NCBI GenBank assembly: GCA_035292445.1
Contig: DATDQB010000001.1
Location: 71,530 to 135,529 of the forward strand
Reading direction: 5' to 3'
Length of the DNA stretch: 64,000 nt
Origin: Candidatus Omnitrophota bacterium
GTDB taxonomy: Bacteria; Omnitrophota; Gorgyraeia; Zapsychrales; Zapsychraceae
Each line of letters starts with the position of its first letter. Positions within the stretch are counted from its first letter, which is position 1. Position numbers and translations under genes: made by a program. Positions 28,027 to 36,487 of the stretch are shown here, piece by piece. The notes under the pieces were generated by a model that was not told the origin of the DNA, ran no database searches, and was given only the letters and a program-made list of their open reading frames with translations.

Positions 28027-28868
28027 AGGGATTTTGCCTTTACGGTTGTTAGTTGTTCTTTATCGATATGATAACTATGCGCCTCATCCGGAAAACGTTT
28101 TGTTTTTACTTCATGACAGTATTCCTTTAAAGCCGTTAAGATCACCTCGTCCAGATGCGCGTACTTCTTCGTAAACTTGGGCTGGAAAAGATCGACGTAT
28201 CCCAACAGGTCATGCGTGACCAATACCTGCCCGTCGCAGTGAACGCCGGCCCCGATGCCGATGGTCGGGATGGATAAAGTCTGCGTGATCATGCTGGCCA
28301 ACTCCATCGGGATACATTCCAGGACAACGCAAAAACATCCCGCCTCTTCCAACGCCTGCGCGTTGGCCATGATCTGCCGGGCACTTTGGGCGTCTTTCCC
28401 CTGGACCTTAAGCCCGCCCAAACGATCCGCCGTTTGCGGGGTCAACCCGACGTGGCCCATCACGGGAATGCCGGCCTGGATAATTTTTCTAACTACTTTT
28501 AAACATTGATCAAACCACTCCAGCTTGACGGCCTGGCAGCCCGCTTCCTCGATAAAACGCCTGGCATGGACAACGCTTGTCTCGATATTTTCTTGATAGG
28601 CTTCATACGGCATGTCGCCGACCAGCATAGCCTGCTTCACGGCCCTGTTAACGGCTTTGGCATGATGGATCATCTCGGCCATGCCGACATCTTTCGTTCT
28701 TTCCAATCCCAACACCACATTGGCCAACGAATCCCCGACCAAGACAATATCCGCCCCCGAACGGTCGATCAAGGAGGCCAAGGGATAATCATAAGCGGTG
28801 AGCATCACGATCTTCTCACCTTTTTTCTTTTTTTGAAGAATATCTTCTTTTGTTTTCCGTCCGCTCAT
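28023..28868 (-). CDS. panB: 3-methyl-2-oxobutanoate hydroxymethyltransferase
   Basis: KIVMLTAYDYPLASLIDRSGADIVLVGDSLANVVLG matches the PanB signature. Confidence 0.9.
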   Translation of the reverse strand: MSGRKTKEDILQKKKKGEKIVMLTAYDYPLASLIDRSGADIVLVGDSLANVVLGLERTKDVGMAEMIHHAKAVNRAVKQAMLVGDMPYEAYQENIETSVVHARRFIEEAGCQAVKLEWFDQCLKVVRKIIQAGIPVMGHVGLTPQTADRLGGLKVQGKDAQSARQIMANAQALEEAGCFCVVLECIPMELASMITQTLSIPTIGIGAGVHCDGQVLVTHDLLGYVDLFQPKFTKKYAHLDEVILTALKEYCHEVKTKRFPDEAHSYHIDKEQLTTVKAKSL

Positions 28869-30229
28869 TTTTTTACCTGAAGAACAAATTGTTCGATACC
28901 GCGGGCCGCTTTTTTACCCGATGCCATCGCCTCCACCACCGGGCCGGCGTTGGTCATAACGTTGCCGCAGGCAAAAATCCCGCTCACAGACGTCATGAAC
29001 GTTGTTTGGTCGACCTTGATGGTACCGTCTTTATTTAACGCCAATTTGGAAGACAATTTGCTGACCAGCGAATTGGGGCGATGCCCGATGGCGATCACGA
29101 CCGTATCCACATCAATGATAAACTCCGAATCCGGCACAGGCTCAAGCTGCCACTGGTTATTTCCACCCGCATCCGCGTAATCCATCCGCACGCATTTTAA
29201 ACCAGCGACAAAATGATTCTGGTCCGCCAAAATTTCGACGGGCTTGGCCAACGGTTCAAAATGGATCCCCTCTTCTTTAGCCAAATCGCGCTCTTCGGCC
29301 CTAACGTACATTTCCTCCTCGGTGCGCCGGAAGATCAAGGTCACCTCGCCCCCCAGACGCCTGGCGCAACGGGCGCAATCAAGGGCCGTATTTCCGGAAC
29401 CGATGACGACAACTTTTTTGCCCACGATAAAATTGGATTGATTTCTGCCAAAGGGGGCTGATTTCGTCAAATTAACACGCATGAGAAATTCTTCTCCGTA
29501 ATAAACGCCGCCCAGATGAGCCCCGCGCAATTCCATAAATTTGGGGATCCCGGCTCCCATGGCCAGGAGGATTGCCTCATAACCGTCCTTCTTTAATTCA
29601 TCCAGGGTGATCGTCTGGCCGATAAAAATATTTGTTTGGATGTCAACCCCCAGCGCTTTGATCTCGTTGATCTCCTGGTCCAAGACCTTTCTGGGGATCC
29701 GGAATTCAGGGATCCCGTAGCGTAAAATCCCGCCGGGGCGGTCCAGCGATTCAAAAATGGTCACTTGAAATCCTTTTTGGGCGAGTTGGGCCGCGGCCGT
29801 CAACCCCGCCGGCCCGCTGCCAACGACAGCGATCTTTTTACCCTTATGTTCTTTGGCTTTTATGGGACGGGCCCGGCCGTTATCGCTGGCGTAGCGCTCC
29901 AACGCCCGGATGCCGATGGGCGCTTTTTCTTCATTCAAGACGCACGCGGCCTCGCATGGGGCCGAGCAGATGCGCCCGCAAACCGCCGGCAGCCAATTGG
30001 CTTCTTTAATGACCTGATACGCGTTGGCAACATCCCCTTCGCGTAAATAACGGATAAAACGAGGAATGGCAATGCCGAGCGGGCAATGTGCCATGCACAC
30101 CGGATCGGCGCACTGAGGGCAACGCGCCGCTTCCTCGGCGGCTATTCTTTTAGGATACCCGAGAGAAACCTCCTGAAAGTTACGGATTCGTTTCTCTGGG
30201 ACAGCTGTTGTAATTTTTGACCCTGCCAT
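28865..30229 (-). CDS. NADPH-dependent oxidoreductase, GltD/SudA/NfnB-like large subunit (2x[4Fe-4S], FAD, NADPH)
   Basis: N-terminal cysteine clusters CPQCADPVCMAHCP and CGRICSAPCEAAC are present. Dinucleotide-binding motifs VVGSGPAGL and VIGSGNTALDCAR follow. Confidence 0.8.
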   Translation of the reverse strand: MAGSKITTAVPEKRIRNFQEVSLGYPKRIAAEEAARCPQCADPVCMAHCPLGIAIPRFIRYLREGDVANAYQVIKEANWLPAVCGRICSAPCEAACVLNEEKAPIGIRALERYASDNGRARPIKAKEHKGKKIAVVGSGPAGLTAAAQLAQKGFQVTIFESLDRPGGILRYGIPEFRIPRKVLDQEINEIKALGVDIQTNIFIGQTITLDELKKDGYEAILLAMGAGIPKFMELRGAHLGGVYYGEEFLMRVNLTKSAPFGRNQSNFIVGKKVVVIGSGNTALDCARCARRLGGEVTLIFRRTEEEMYVRAEERDLAKEEGIHFEPLAKPVEILADQNHFVAGLKCVRMDYADAGGNNQWQLEPVPDSEFIIDVDTVVIAIGHRPNSLVSKLSSKLALNKDGTIKVDQTTFMTSVSGIFACGNVMTNAGPVVEAMASGKKAARGIEQFVLQVKK

Positions 30230-31020
30230 TGGTTGTGTCCCTCAAAGGCATTTAAACGGATTTTGTAATCTTTGAAATCCACCTGATGACCGTTGAACTC
30301 CGGCCCGTCGGTACAGACCAATACGGTCTTGCCGCCGATACGCACGCGGCAAGAGCCGCACATCCCCATGCAGTCGACCATCATGGGATTGAGCTGCACC
30401 AGTGTCTTGATTTTTTTCTTCTTTGTCATCTCGCAGACCGCTTCCATCATTTCAGCGGAGCCGATCGCGTAGACCAATTGGATGTCGCGGGTCTGTAGCA
30501 ACTGGCGCAGCACATCGGTTGCCAAGCCCCGGCGCTCATAGGAACCATCCTCGGTGGTGATGAAAATCTTCTCGCAGGCAACCCGCATCTGGGCCTCCAG
30601 CATCAGCTTCTTTTTTGTTTTGGCGCCGATCACCCCGATCACTTTATTGCCGGCTTGCCGCAGCGCGCGGGCGATAGGCAGGATCTGGGCGGAAGCGATG
30701 CCTGTTGCGATGCAAACCACTTCCCCTTTTCTTTCAATGGTGGCTGGATTTCCTAAAGGCCCGAGAATGGAAAAAAGGGATTCGTTGATGGGAAGGGCCC
30801 CCAACTTCTTCGTTGTTGCGCCGGCTTCATGAAAAATAAGAGAAATAATCCCCTTGGCCCGGTCACAATCGACGACAGTTAAAGGAACGCGCTCATCGCC
30901 TTCCTCGCAGCAGACACTCACAAATTGTCCGGCCTTGACGTTCTTGGCAACCCTCGGCGCGCGGATATCAAGACGCTTGATGCCTTCGGTTAATATAAGC
31001 TTATTGACGACCTCAAACAT
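30142..31020 (-). CDS. Ferredoxin-NADP+ reductase-like small subunit (SudB/NfnA/PyrK-like, FAD + [2Fe-2S])
   Basis: It has an FNR-like fold and the C-terminal cysteine motif DCMGMCGSCRV...C. The gene overlaps the large-subunit gene by 88 nt. Confidence 0.75.
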   Translation of the reverse strand: MFEVVNKLILTEGIKRLDIRAPRVAKNVKAGQFVSVCCEEGDERVPLTVVDCDRAKGIISLIFHEAGATTKKLGALPINESLFSILGPLGNPATIERKGEVVCIATGIASAQILPIARALRQAGNKVIGVIGAKTKKKLMLEAQMRVACEKIFITTEDGSYERRGLATDVLRQLLQTRDIQLVYAIGSAEMMEAVCEMTKKKKIKTLVQLNPMMVDCMGMCGSCRVRIGGKTVLVCTDGPEFNGHQVDFKDYKIRLNAFEGHNQWQGQKLQQLSQRNESVTFRRFLSGILKE

Positions 31021-32744
31021 TACGATTTTTCCAACGTTTTTATAAAATCCTTTAAGGGTTTCGTGTTAGCCACGTCCTCTTTGGTTAACCACGCCCGGCG
31101 GGCGATCTTAATGCCGAATTTCATATAATCCAGATGGCCAACATGATGGGCGTCGGTGTTGATCACGAATTGCACGCCCTGAGCTTTAGCAAAATAGGCG
31201 TTGGCTGAATTGAGATCGAGACGAACGGGAAATGAATTGATCTCCAACAAAACGCGATGGTCCACGGCCGCCTGACAAACCGCTTTGAAATCAACATTAT
31301 ACGGCTCGCGCTTGCCCAAATGCACCCCGAAGGGATGCGCGATCACGTTCACATATTTATGCTGACAAGCCTTAAGGAGCCTAGCCGTCAATTTCTTCGT
31401 ATCCTGCTCAAATCCTGAATGGATGGCCGCGATCACGATGTCAAACTCGCTTAATATTTTATCATTGTAATCCAAATCGCCTTCTGTGTCTATTTCTACT
31501 TCCGTCCCGAACAGCACGCGAAAGTCCTTGAGCCTTTTGTTGATGGTCTCGATCTCTTTTTTCTTCCTTTTAAGATCTTCCGGGCTAACGCCCCCCGCTA
31601 CCCGCAGCCGCGGGGAATGGTCGCTGATAGCTAAATACGAATACCCCCGCTGACGCGCCGCCGCCACCATTTCATCGATGGTGTTCCGGCCGTCCGAATA
31701 GGTCGAATGGACATGGATTTCGCCACAGATATCTTTTTCCTCGATCAACCGCGGCAACTTCTCGCCTTGGAAGATACGCTCTTCCCCAATTTCTTCGCGC
31801 AACTCCGGCGGCACAAAAGGAAGACCCAACGCCTTAAAGCATTCTTCTTCCGTTGCACAGGCCACGCGTGTTTCTTTTTCGCCGCTGACTTTAAAGACCC
31901 CGTATTCGTTGACTTTCAAATTTTTTTTGATCGCCAGCTGGCGCAGTTTGATATTGAAACTCTTCGATCCCGTAAAATATAAAAGAGCGGCTCCCCATTC
32001 GCTGGGATTGACGACCCGTAAATCGACCTGTTTATGTCCGTCGACCAAAACGGATGATTTTGTTTCCCCGAACGCGTTGACGGACTCTACCTGCGGCAAA
32101 TGCACGAACGCATCCATCACCTTCGCCGGTTTAGGGGAATCGATCAAAATATCAATGTCTCCGATGGTTTCTCTGCCCCGGCGCAGACTCCCGGCCGTTT
32201 CGATATGCTTCACTTCAGGCAATTGCTTAAGCGCCTGCATGATCGCATCCGCCAAACGGGTAGCCGTCCCCAAATTCATCCGCTCTTGGCCTTCCTGAAC
32301 GATCTTTATACCGCGCAAAATGTTTTCAACCGCCTTTTCCTTGAAGCCCTCCAGATTAAGGAGCTTGCCGCTTTCGGCCGCGCTCTTTAAATCCTCCACC
32401 GTTTTGATCTTTAATTTATCAAAGAACAGCTTGGCCTTCTTAGGGCCGACCGAAGGGATGTTCATGACATCCAAAACGCTTTCGGGAATTTCCTTGGCTA
32501 GATCTTGATAGGCCTTTATTTTACCCGTATCCAGATACTGGCCGATTTTTTCTTCCAGGGCCTTGCCGATGCCCGGAATGTCACCCAGGCGGTTCTCTTT
32601 TCTGATAGTCTCAATGTCTTCGCTCAAAGCTTCGATATTATCCGCCGCCTTGTAATAAGCGCGGACCTTGAAGACGAGTTCCCCCTTGATCTCAAGGAGA
32701 GTTCCCATCCGTCGGAAAATTTCGGCAACTTCCTGATTTTTCAT
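31020..32744 (-). CDS. polX: DNA polymerase X family protein with a C-terminal PHP phosphoesterase domain
   Basis: A Pol beta-like N-terminus (helix-hairpin-helix motifs, GDIDIL) is followed by a PHP domain (HVHSTYSDGR). Confidence 0.9.
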   Translation of the reverse strand: MKNQEVAEIFRRMGTLLEIKGELVFKVRAYYKAADNIEALSEDIETIRKENRLGDIPGIGKALEEKIGQYLDTGKIKAYQDLAKEIPESVLDVMNIPSVGPKKAKLFFDKLKIKTVEDLKSAAESGKLLNLEGFKEKAVENILRGIKIVQEGQERMNLGTATRLADAIMQALKQLPEVKHIETAGSLRRGRETIGDIDILIDSPKPAKVMDAFVHLPQVESVNAFGETKSSVLVDGHKQVDLRVVNPSEWGAALLYFTGSKSFNIKLRQLAIKKNLKVNEYGVFKVSGEKETRVACATEEECFKALGLPFVPPELREEIGEERIFQGEKLPRLIEEKDICGEIHVHSTYSDGRNTIDEMVAAARQRGYSYLAISDHSPRLRVAGGVSPEDLKRKKKEIETINKRLKDFRVLFGTEVEIDTEGDLDYNDKILSEFDIVIAAIHSGFEQDTKKLTARLLKACQHKYVNVIAHPFGVHLGKREPYNVDFKAVCQAAVDHRVLLEINSFPVRLDLNSANAYFAKAQGVQFVINTDAHHVGHLDYMKFGIKIARRAWLTKEDVANTKPLKDFIKTLEKS

Positions 32745-32750
32745 AAGACG

Positions 32751-32909
32751 TTAAAACACCCCGGGCGGCGGTTTGGGCAAGCGGGCGGCGAGATCTATCA
32801 ATTTTCCTAATATCTTGAACGTTCCTCCGATCAGCTCAGCGGGGATCGCTAAAAGTGAAGCGCACCCCGATAACGAGAACAAAAGCACCAAACAAAGAAA
32901 TAATTTCAT
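32751..32909 (-). CDS. Unlisted small lipoprotein candidate (52 aa)
   Basis: ATG at 32909 opens MKLFLCLVLLFSLSGCAS..., a signal peptide with the lipobox L-S-G-C. The ORF lies in the 206-nt gap between the large hypothetical gene and polX. No good SD is present. Confidence 0.3.
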   Translation of the reverse strand: MKLFLCLVLLFSLSGCASLLAIPAELIGGTFKILGKLIDLAARLPKPPPGVF

Positions 32910-32950
32910 CCAGCCCCGCGAACGTCTCATTCCCCTCCTGCTTAATTCAT

Positions 32951-35044
32951 TTATGGCCTGACCATGAAAAGAAGCGTCGATTCGAAAACGTCCCCTTCTA
33001 TCGTGGTGCGCCCGGCAAAGGCGTTGATGGAATTCAAGCCGCTCAAAAACGGATACACTAAACTTTCCAACAACAACTGCCGCTTTTGCGAACTTAGCCC
33101 CGTTTCTTCGTAGCTTCCGATCAATTCCTCCAGTTCGGCCTTTTGGTCCTGCGAAGCCTGAAGGTCTTTCTTCTTGGTTTCCAAAGATTGTTCCAGAAGG
33201 CCGACGGCCTCAATAGAGGTTGGATCTTCCTCCGCCTGGAGCTGAGTTCCCGTCACCTGAACAGTCACCGAGCTTTTTTCTTTTTCCATCTCTTGGATGT
33301 CTTCTTGAAGCCGTTTGATATCGGCCAAAACGATATCAAGGCGCTGTTGACTTCCCGCCTGAAAAGCCTCGCGTTGCTTTTGCTGGCTCTCCGCCCAAAG
33401 ATTGGCCCATTCGATCATGTCTTCCAGCTTGTTGGCAAAGGCCGCCATCCGAACGTAAAAAACGTTGAGGTTCTCTTGCGTCAATCCGTCATCAATCTCT
33501 TTAAAAGCAGGATCCGCCGATAACGATGGCGCCTTACCAGTATAAGCGTCAATAGAATCTTTTAATACCTTCCGATTGATCGCCAGCAGCAAATAATTCT
33601 CCAAATAAGCATAACCCGGCTGGATGTCTTCCCCGCCCAACAGCGGGTTAATGTAATTGATCGTGACATCGGCATATTCTTCCTGTTGAAAAGCCAGCAA
33701 AGGAGTCCGCGTCAGCAAAGAAAGGATTTTATCCGTTTTGTTCTTGTCTTTAACCTCCACGAAGAATAAAAACTTAGGGATAGGAAACGGACCGCCGACC
33801 GAAATATCGGCCAAGTAACCGCCGAATTCGTCACCGAAGGCGGGAAGAACGTCATTTTCAATGCTTAGGCCTAACGTCGCCTCGATCTGTTGAACTTGTT
33901 CGGATATGTTGCCCCCGCCGCCATCAGCCTGTTTCTTGGCGAATTCTTTCAACACCTGGTCCCAATATTGTTCCAGATGAAAGCAACTGTTCCATTGATA
34001 TCCCATCACCCCCGGCGGCACAAGTTTGAGCGTCTTATTTAAAGTAGCTTCGCACGTGTAATAGCTGGCCAACTCGGGGCTAAGCTTGGTCCTGTCCATA
34101 AACATGTTGAATTGCAATTTGCTTAACGAATCGAAATGCCCTGATAAAGTAAACGTTTTAAAGCCGGCAACGGCCGCAAACGCTTGGTTAAGTTGCTCGG
34201 TTACTTGAGCCGCATCGGTTTCTTGCGCCTGCTGTGTCACCAACGAAGAAAGCGCCTCCACCTGGTCTTTCATAAAGGAAAGGAATATTTCCATATCCCA
34301 GTACAAAAAAAGCTCCCGGTCTTTGACGGAACGTTTCATGGCCTGGGTGAATTGGGCATCTTGCGCCAGCGAAGGGCGCTCTTTCTTAAAAACGTCGATG
34401 CATTTTTGGGCGGCCCGTTCTCCCACGGTGATGACCAAAAGGTCTTTCATGCGCACGTACGATAACCGAAGATTGGCCTGGGGAAAAAATACCGTCTGAA
34501 TCGTGAAATCCTTGTAATTCAGCGTTTCTTTTTTTGTATCCCCCCCGAAATCCTGAAACAGCCCCGAGAAAAACTCGGCCACTTGCACATCCGCAGGTAT
34601 CCGCGACACGATCAAAAGATTGGATAACGCATCGTCCATGAACGTCGATGTTGTCAAAACGGCCGGGTTGGACAAATCGCTAATCTTGATCGATATCGGA
34701 TAAACAATGACGGCAAATTCCTTCCCGAACAATTTATTCAGGATCAGCTGAGCTTGAGGGTCGGAGAGTTTAGATTGAATGCCCTGAAACAGCATAAGCT
34801 GTTGCGGATCGACCAAGCCCTGTTCCGCCAGCCGATTATAATCAATCTGGCTCATGCTTTGCCACAGCTGGCTGCGGCCCAAATGGTTAAGATTGCCTTC
34901 GACATTATCAAAATACGCGTACAGTTGCGCTTCCTGCGGAAGAACCTCTTCGATGGCCAATTCTTTTTTCTGGAATTTCACGACGACGACCGCCAAAACG
35001 CCGGCCACAACGATGGCAGCCAAAATAAAGACCAACTTTCTCAC
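32951..35044 (-). CDS. Large hypothetical protein (697 aa), N-terminal TM anchor, extracytoplasmic domain with a C-terminal coiled coil
   Basis: The N-terminus (MRKLVFILAAIVVAGVLAVVVV) is a TM anchor. No catalytic motif was recognised. Confidence 0.5.
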   Translation of the reverse strand: MRKLVFILAAIVVAGVLAVVVVKFQKKELAIEEVLPQEAQLYAYFDNVEGNLNHLGRSQLWQSMSQIDYNRLAEQGLVDPQQLMLFQGIQSKLSDPQAQLILNKLFGKEFAVIVYPISIKISDLSNPAVLTTSTFMDDALSNLLIVSRIPADVQVAEFFSGLFQDFGGDTKKETLNYKDFTIQTVFFPQANLRLSYVRMKDLLVITVGERAAQKCIDVFKKERPSLAQDAQFTQAMKRSVKDRELFLYWDMEIFLSFMKDQVEALSSLVTQQAQETDAAQVTEQLNQAFAAVAGFKTFTLSGHFDSLSKLQFNMFMDRTKLSPELASYYTCEATLNKTLKLVPPGVMGYQWNSCFHLEQYWDQVLKEFAKKQADGGGGNISEQVQQIEATLGLSIENDVLPAFGDEFGGYLADISVGGPFPIPKFLFFVEVKDKNKTDKILSLLTRTPLLAFQQEEYADVTINYINPLLGGEDIQPGYAYLENYLLLAINRKVLKDSIDAYTGKAPSLSADPAFKEIDDGLTQENLNVFYVRMAAFANKLEDMIEWANLWAESQQKQREAFQAGSQQRLDIVLADIKRLQEDIQEMEKEKSSVTVQVTGTQLQAEEDPTSIEAVGLLEQSLETKKKDLQASQDQKAELEELIGSYEETGLSSQKRQLLLESLVYPFLSGLNSINAFAGRTTIEGDVFESTLLFMVRP

Positions 35045-35059
35045 AATCCCCTCGCTTTC

Positions 35060-35833
35060 TTAATTAAAACGGAAAAAATCTTCAGCATTCTTATTGAGGA
35101 TGTCCAGGGCCTTGTGTTCCTCGAAATTCTTTAAAACACAATACGCTTTTAAGGTACGGAACACATCTTTGGGCTGCGCCTGGAATCCTTCATTCGTTTG
35201 CGGGTTCCTGTAAAAAACGGGACAGTCGGTTTCAATCAGCGTGCGTTCAATAGGGGCGTGGCGCATGGCCTCTTGAGATTGAGGGCTATACGCAACGCTG
35301 GGGCCCGTTGAAACATAATACCCGCTTTTTAAGAGCTCATCCAAAACATCCAGGGGGCCGCTGTACCAATGAAATTCGGCGCTTCTGACGCCAACGTCCA
35401 AAGCCGTTTGCAGGCATTCTTTCCACGCCCCGCGTGAATGGATCACTGCCGGAAGATGAAGGTCTTTGGCCACCTCCAACAATCTTCTGTACACTTGACG
35501 CTGTTCGTTCTTTTTGCCCTCATCCTTCTTGACCCATTTATACCAAAAATCCAAACCTATTTCACCTATGACATGAATATGGTCATGATGCTCGTAAATG
35601 AGCTTGACAATTTCATCCAGATCGGCAGGTTTGGCTTCCGAAGGATGCATCCCCAACCCCAAATAAATATGGGGGCGTTTATATTTGTTCTTTATTTCCA
35701 GATTCTTGCGGCAGCTGGCCAGATCCATGCTGATGGCGACGATCCCCGCGACCCCGGCTTCATGGGCGGCCTGAAGCGTCTCATCGAGGGCCTCCAGCTG
35801 GTCCAAATGGGCATGGGTATCGTAGATCTTCAT
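35060..35833 (-). CDS. tatD: TatD-family metal-dependent hydrolase (DNase)
   Basis: MKIYDTHAHLD is present with conserved His/Glu/Asp positions. Confidence 0.9.
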   Translation of the reverse strand: MKIYDTHAHLDQLEALDETLQAAHEAGVAGIVAISMDLASCRKNLEIKNKYKRPHIYLGLGMHPSEAKPADLDEIVKLIYEHHDHIHVIGEIGLDFWYKWVKKDEGKKNEQRQVYRRLLEVAKDLHLPAVIHSRGAWKECLQTALDVGVRSAEFHWYSGPLDVLDELLKSGYYVSTGPSVAYSPQSQEAMRHAPIERTLIETDCPVFYRNPQTNEGFQAQPKDVFRTLKAYCVLKNFEEHKALDILNKNAEDFFRFN

Positions 35834-36276
35834 CTCGGCCGGCTTTCCACGATCAACGTGACCGGGCCCTCATTGACAAGCTGGACGTTCATCATCGCCC
35901 GAAATTGGCCGGAAGCGACGTTCATGCCCTGCTTCTTCAATTGCTCTATAAAAAAATCATACAATTTTTCCGCTTTTTGCGGATCGGCCGCGCGGTCAAA
36001 AGAAGGCCGCCGCCCTTTGCGGCAATCACCGTAAAGCGTAAATTGAGAAATAACAAGAAACGCGGCCCCGACTTCCTGCGGGGAAAGGTTTAAATTACCT
36101 TCTTTATCCTCAAACATCCGAAGCTGAATAAGCTTTTTCACCAAATAGTCGGCATCCGCCTCGCTGTCCTCTTTGCCGACGGCTAAAAAAACAAGAACAC
36201 CTTTACCGATTTGACCAACGATCCTGGAATCGACTGAAACGCTTGCTTGGCTGACTCTTTGAAGAACCGCTTTCAT
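35830..36276 (-). CDS. dtd: D-aminoacyl-tRNA deacylase
   Basis: MKAVLQRVSQASVSV...SQFTLYGD...NEGPVT matches Dtd. The track ORF extends 55 codons further upstream; the real start is the ATG at 36276. Confidence 0.9.
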   Translation of the reverse strand: MKAVLQRVSQASVSVDSRIVGQIGKGVLVFLAVGKEDSEADADYLVKKLIQLRMFEDKEGNLNLSPQEVGAAFLVISQFTLYGDCRKGRRPSFDRAADPQKAEKLYDFFIEQLKKQGMNVASGQFRAMMNVQLVNEGPVTLIVESRPR

Positions 36277-36291
36277 ATGTAGAAAAGTATT

Positions 36292-36321
36292 ATTCTTAAT
36301 AATACATATATTACTAAGAAT
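36292..36321. promoter_or_regulatory. 30-bp near-perfect inverted repeat (candidate operator) in the divergent dtd / helicase intergenic region
   Basis: ATTCTTAATAA-tacatata-TTACTAAGAAT shows 10 of 11 arm matches. It is followed by a second palindrome, TTACAA-gtcct-TTGTAA. Confidence 0.3.
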
Positions 36322-36487
36322 TACAAGTCCTTTGTAATGATTGACACATTCGGTGGCAAGCCTAAACTTTTCTCTCACTTGTGGTGAATTGATTCTGAAT
36401 CCTCCATAACTAGCATGCGGGCTTGCCGCTCTCAGTGTCAACCCTGAGAACGCCCTGTGCGATTAAAATATAAAGTGTTCGAATGGG

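Noticed and set aside
36429-36447. CTCAG-N9-CTGAG inverted repeat upstream of the helicase gene, considered as a regulatory site
   Set aside because: It has short 5-bp arms at chance level. The longer 30-bp palindrome nearby is the better candidate.
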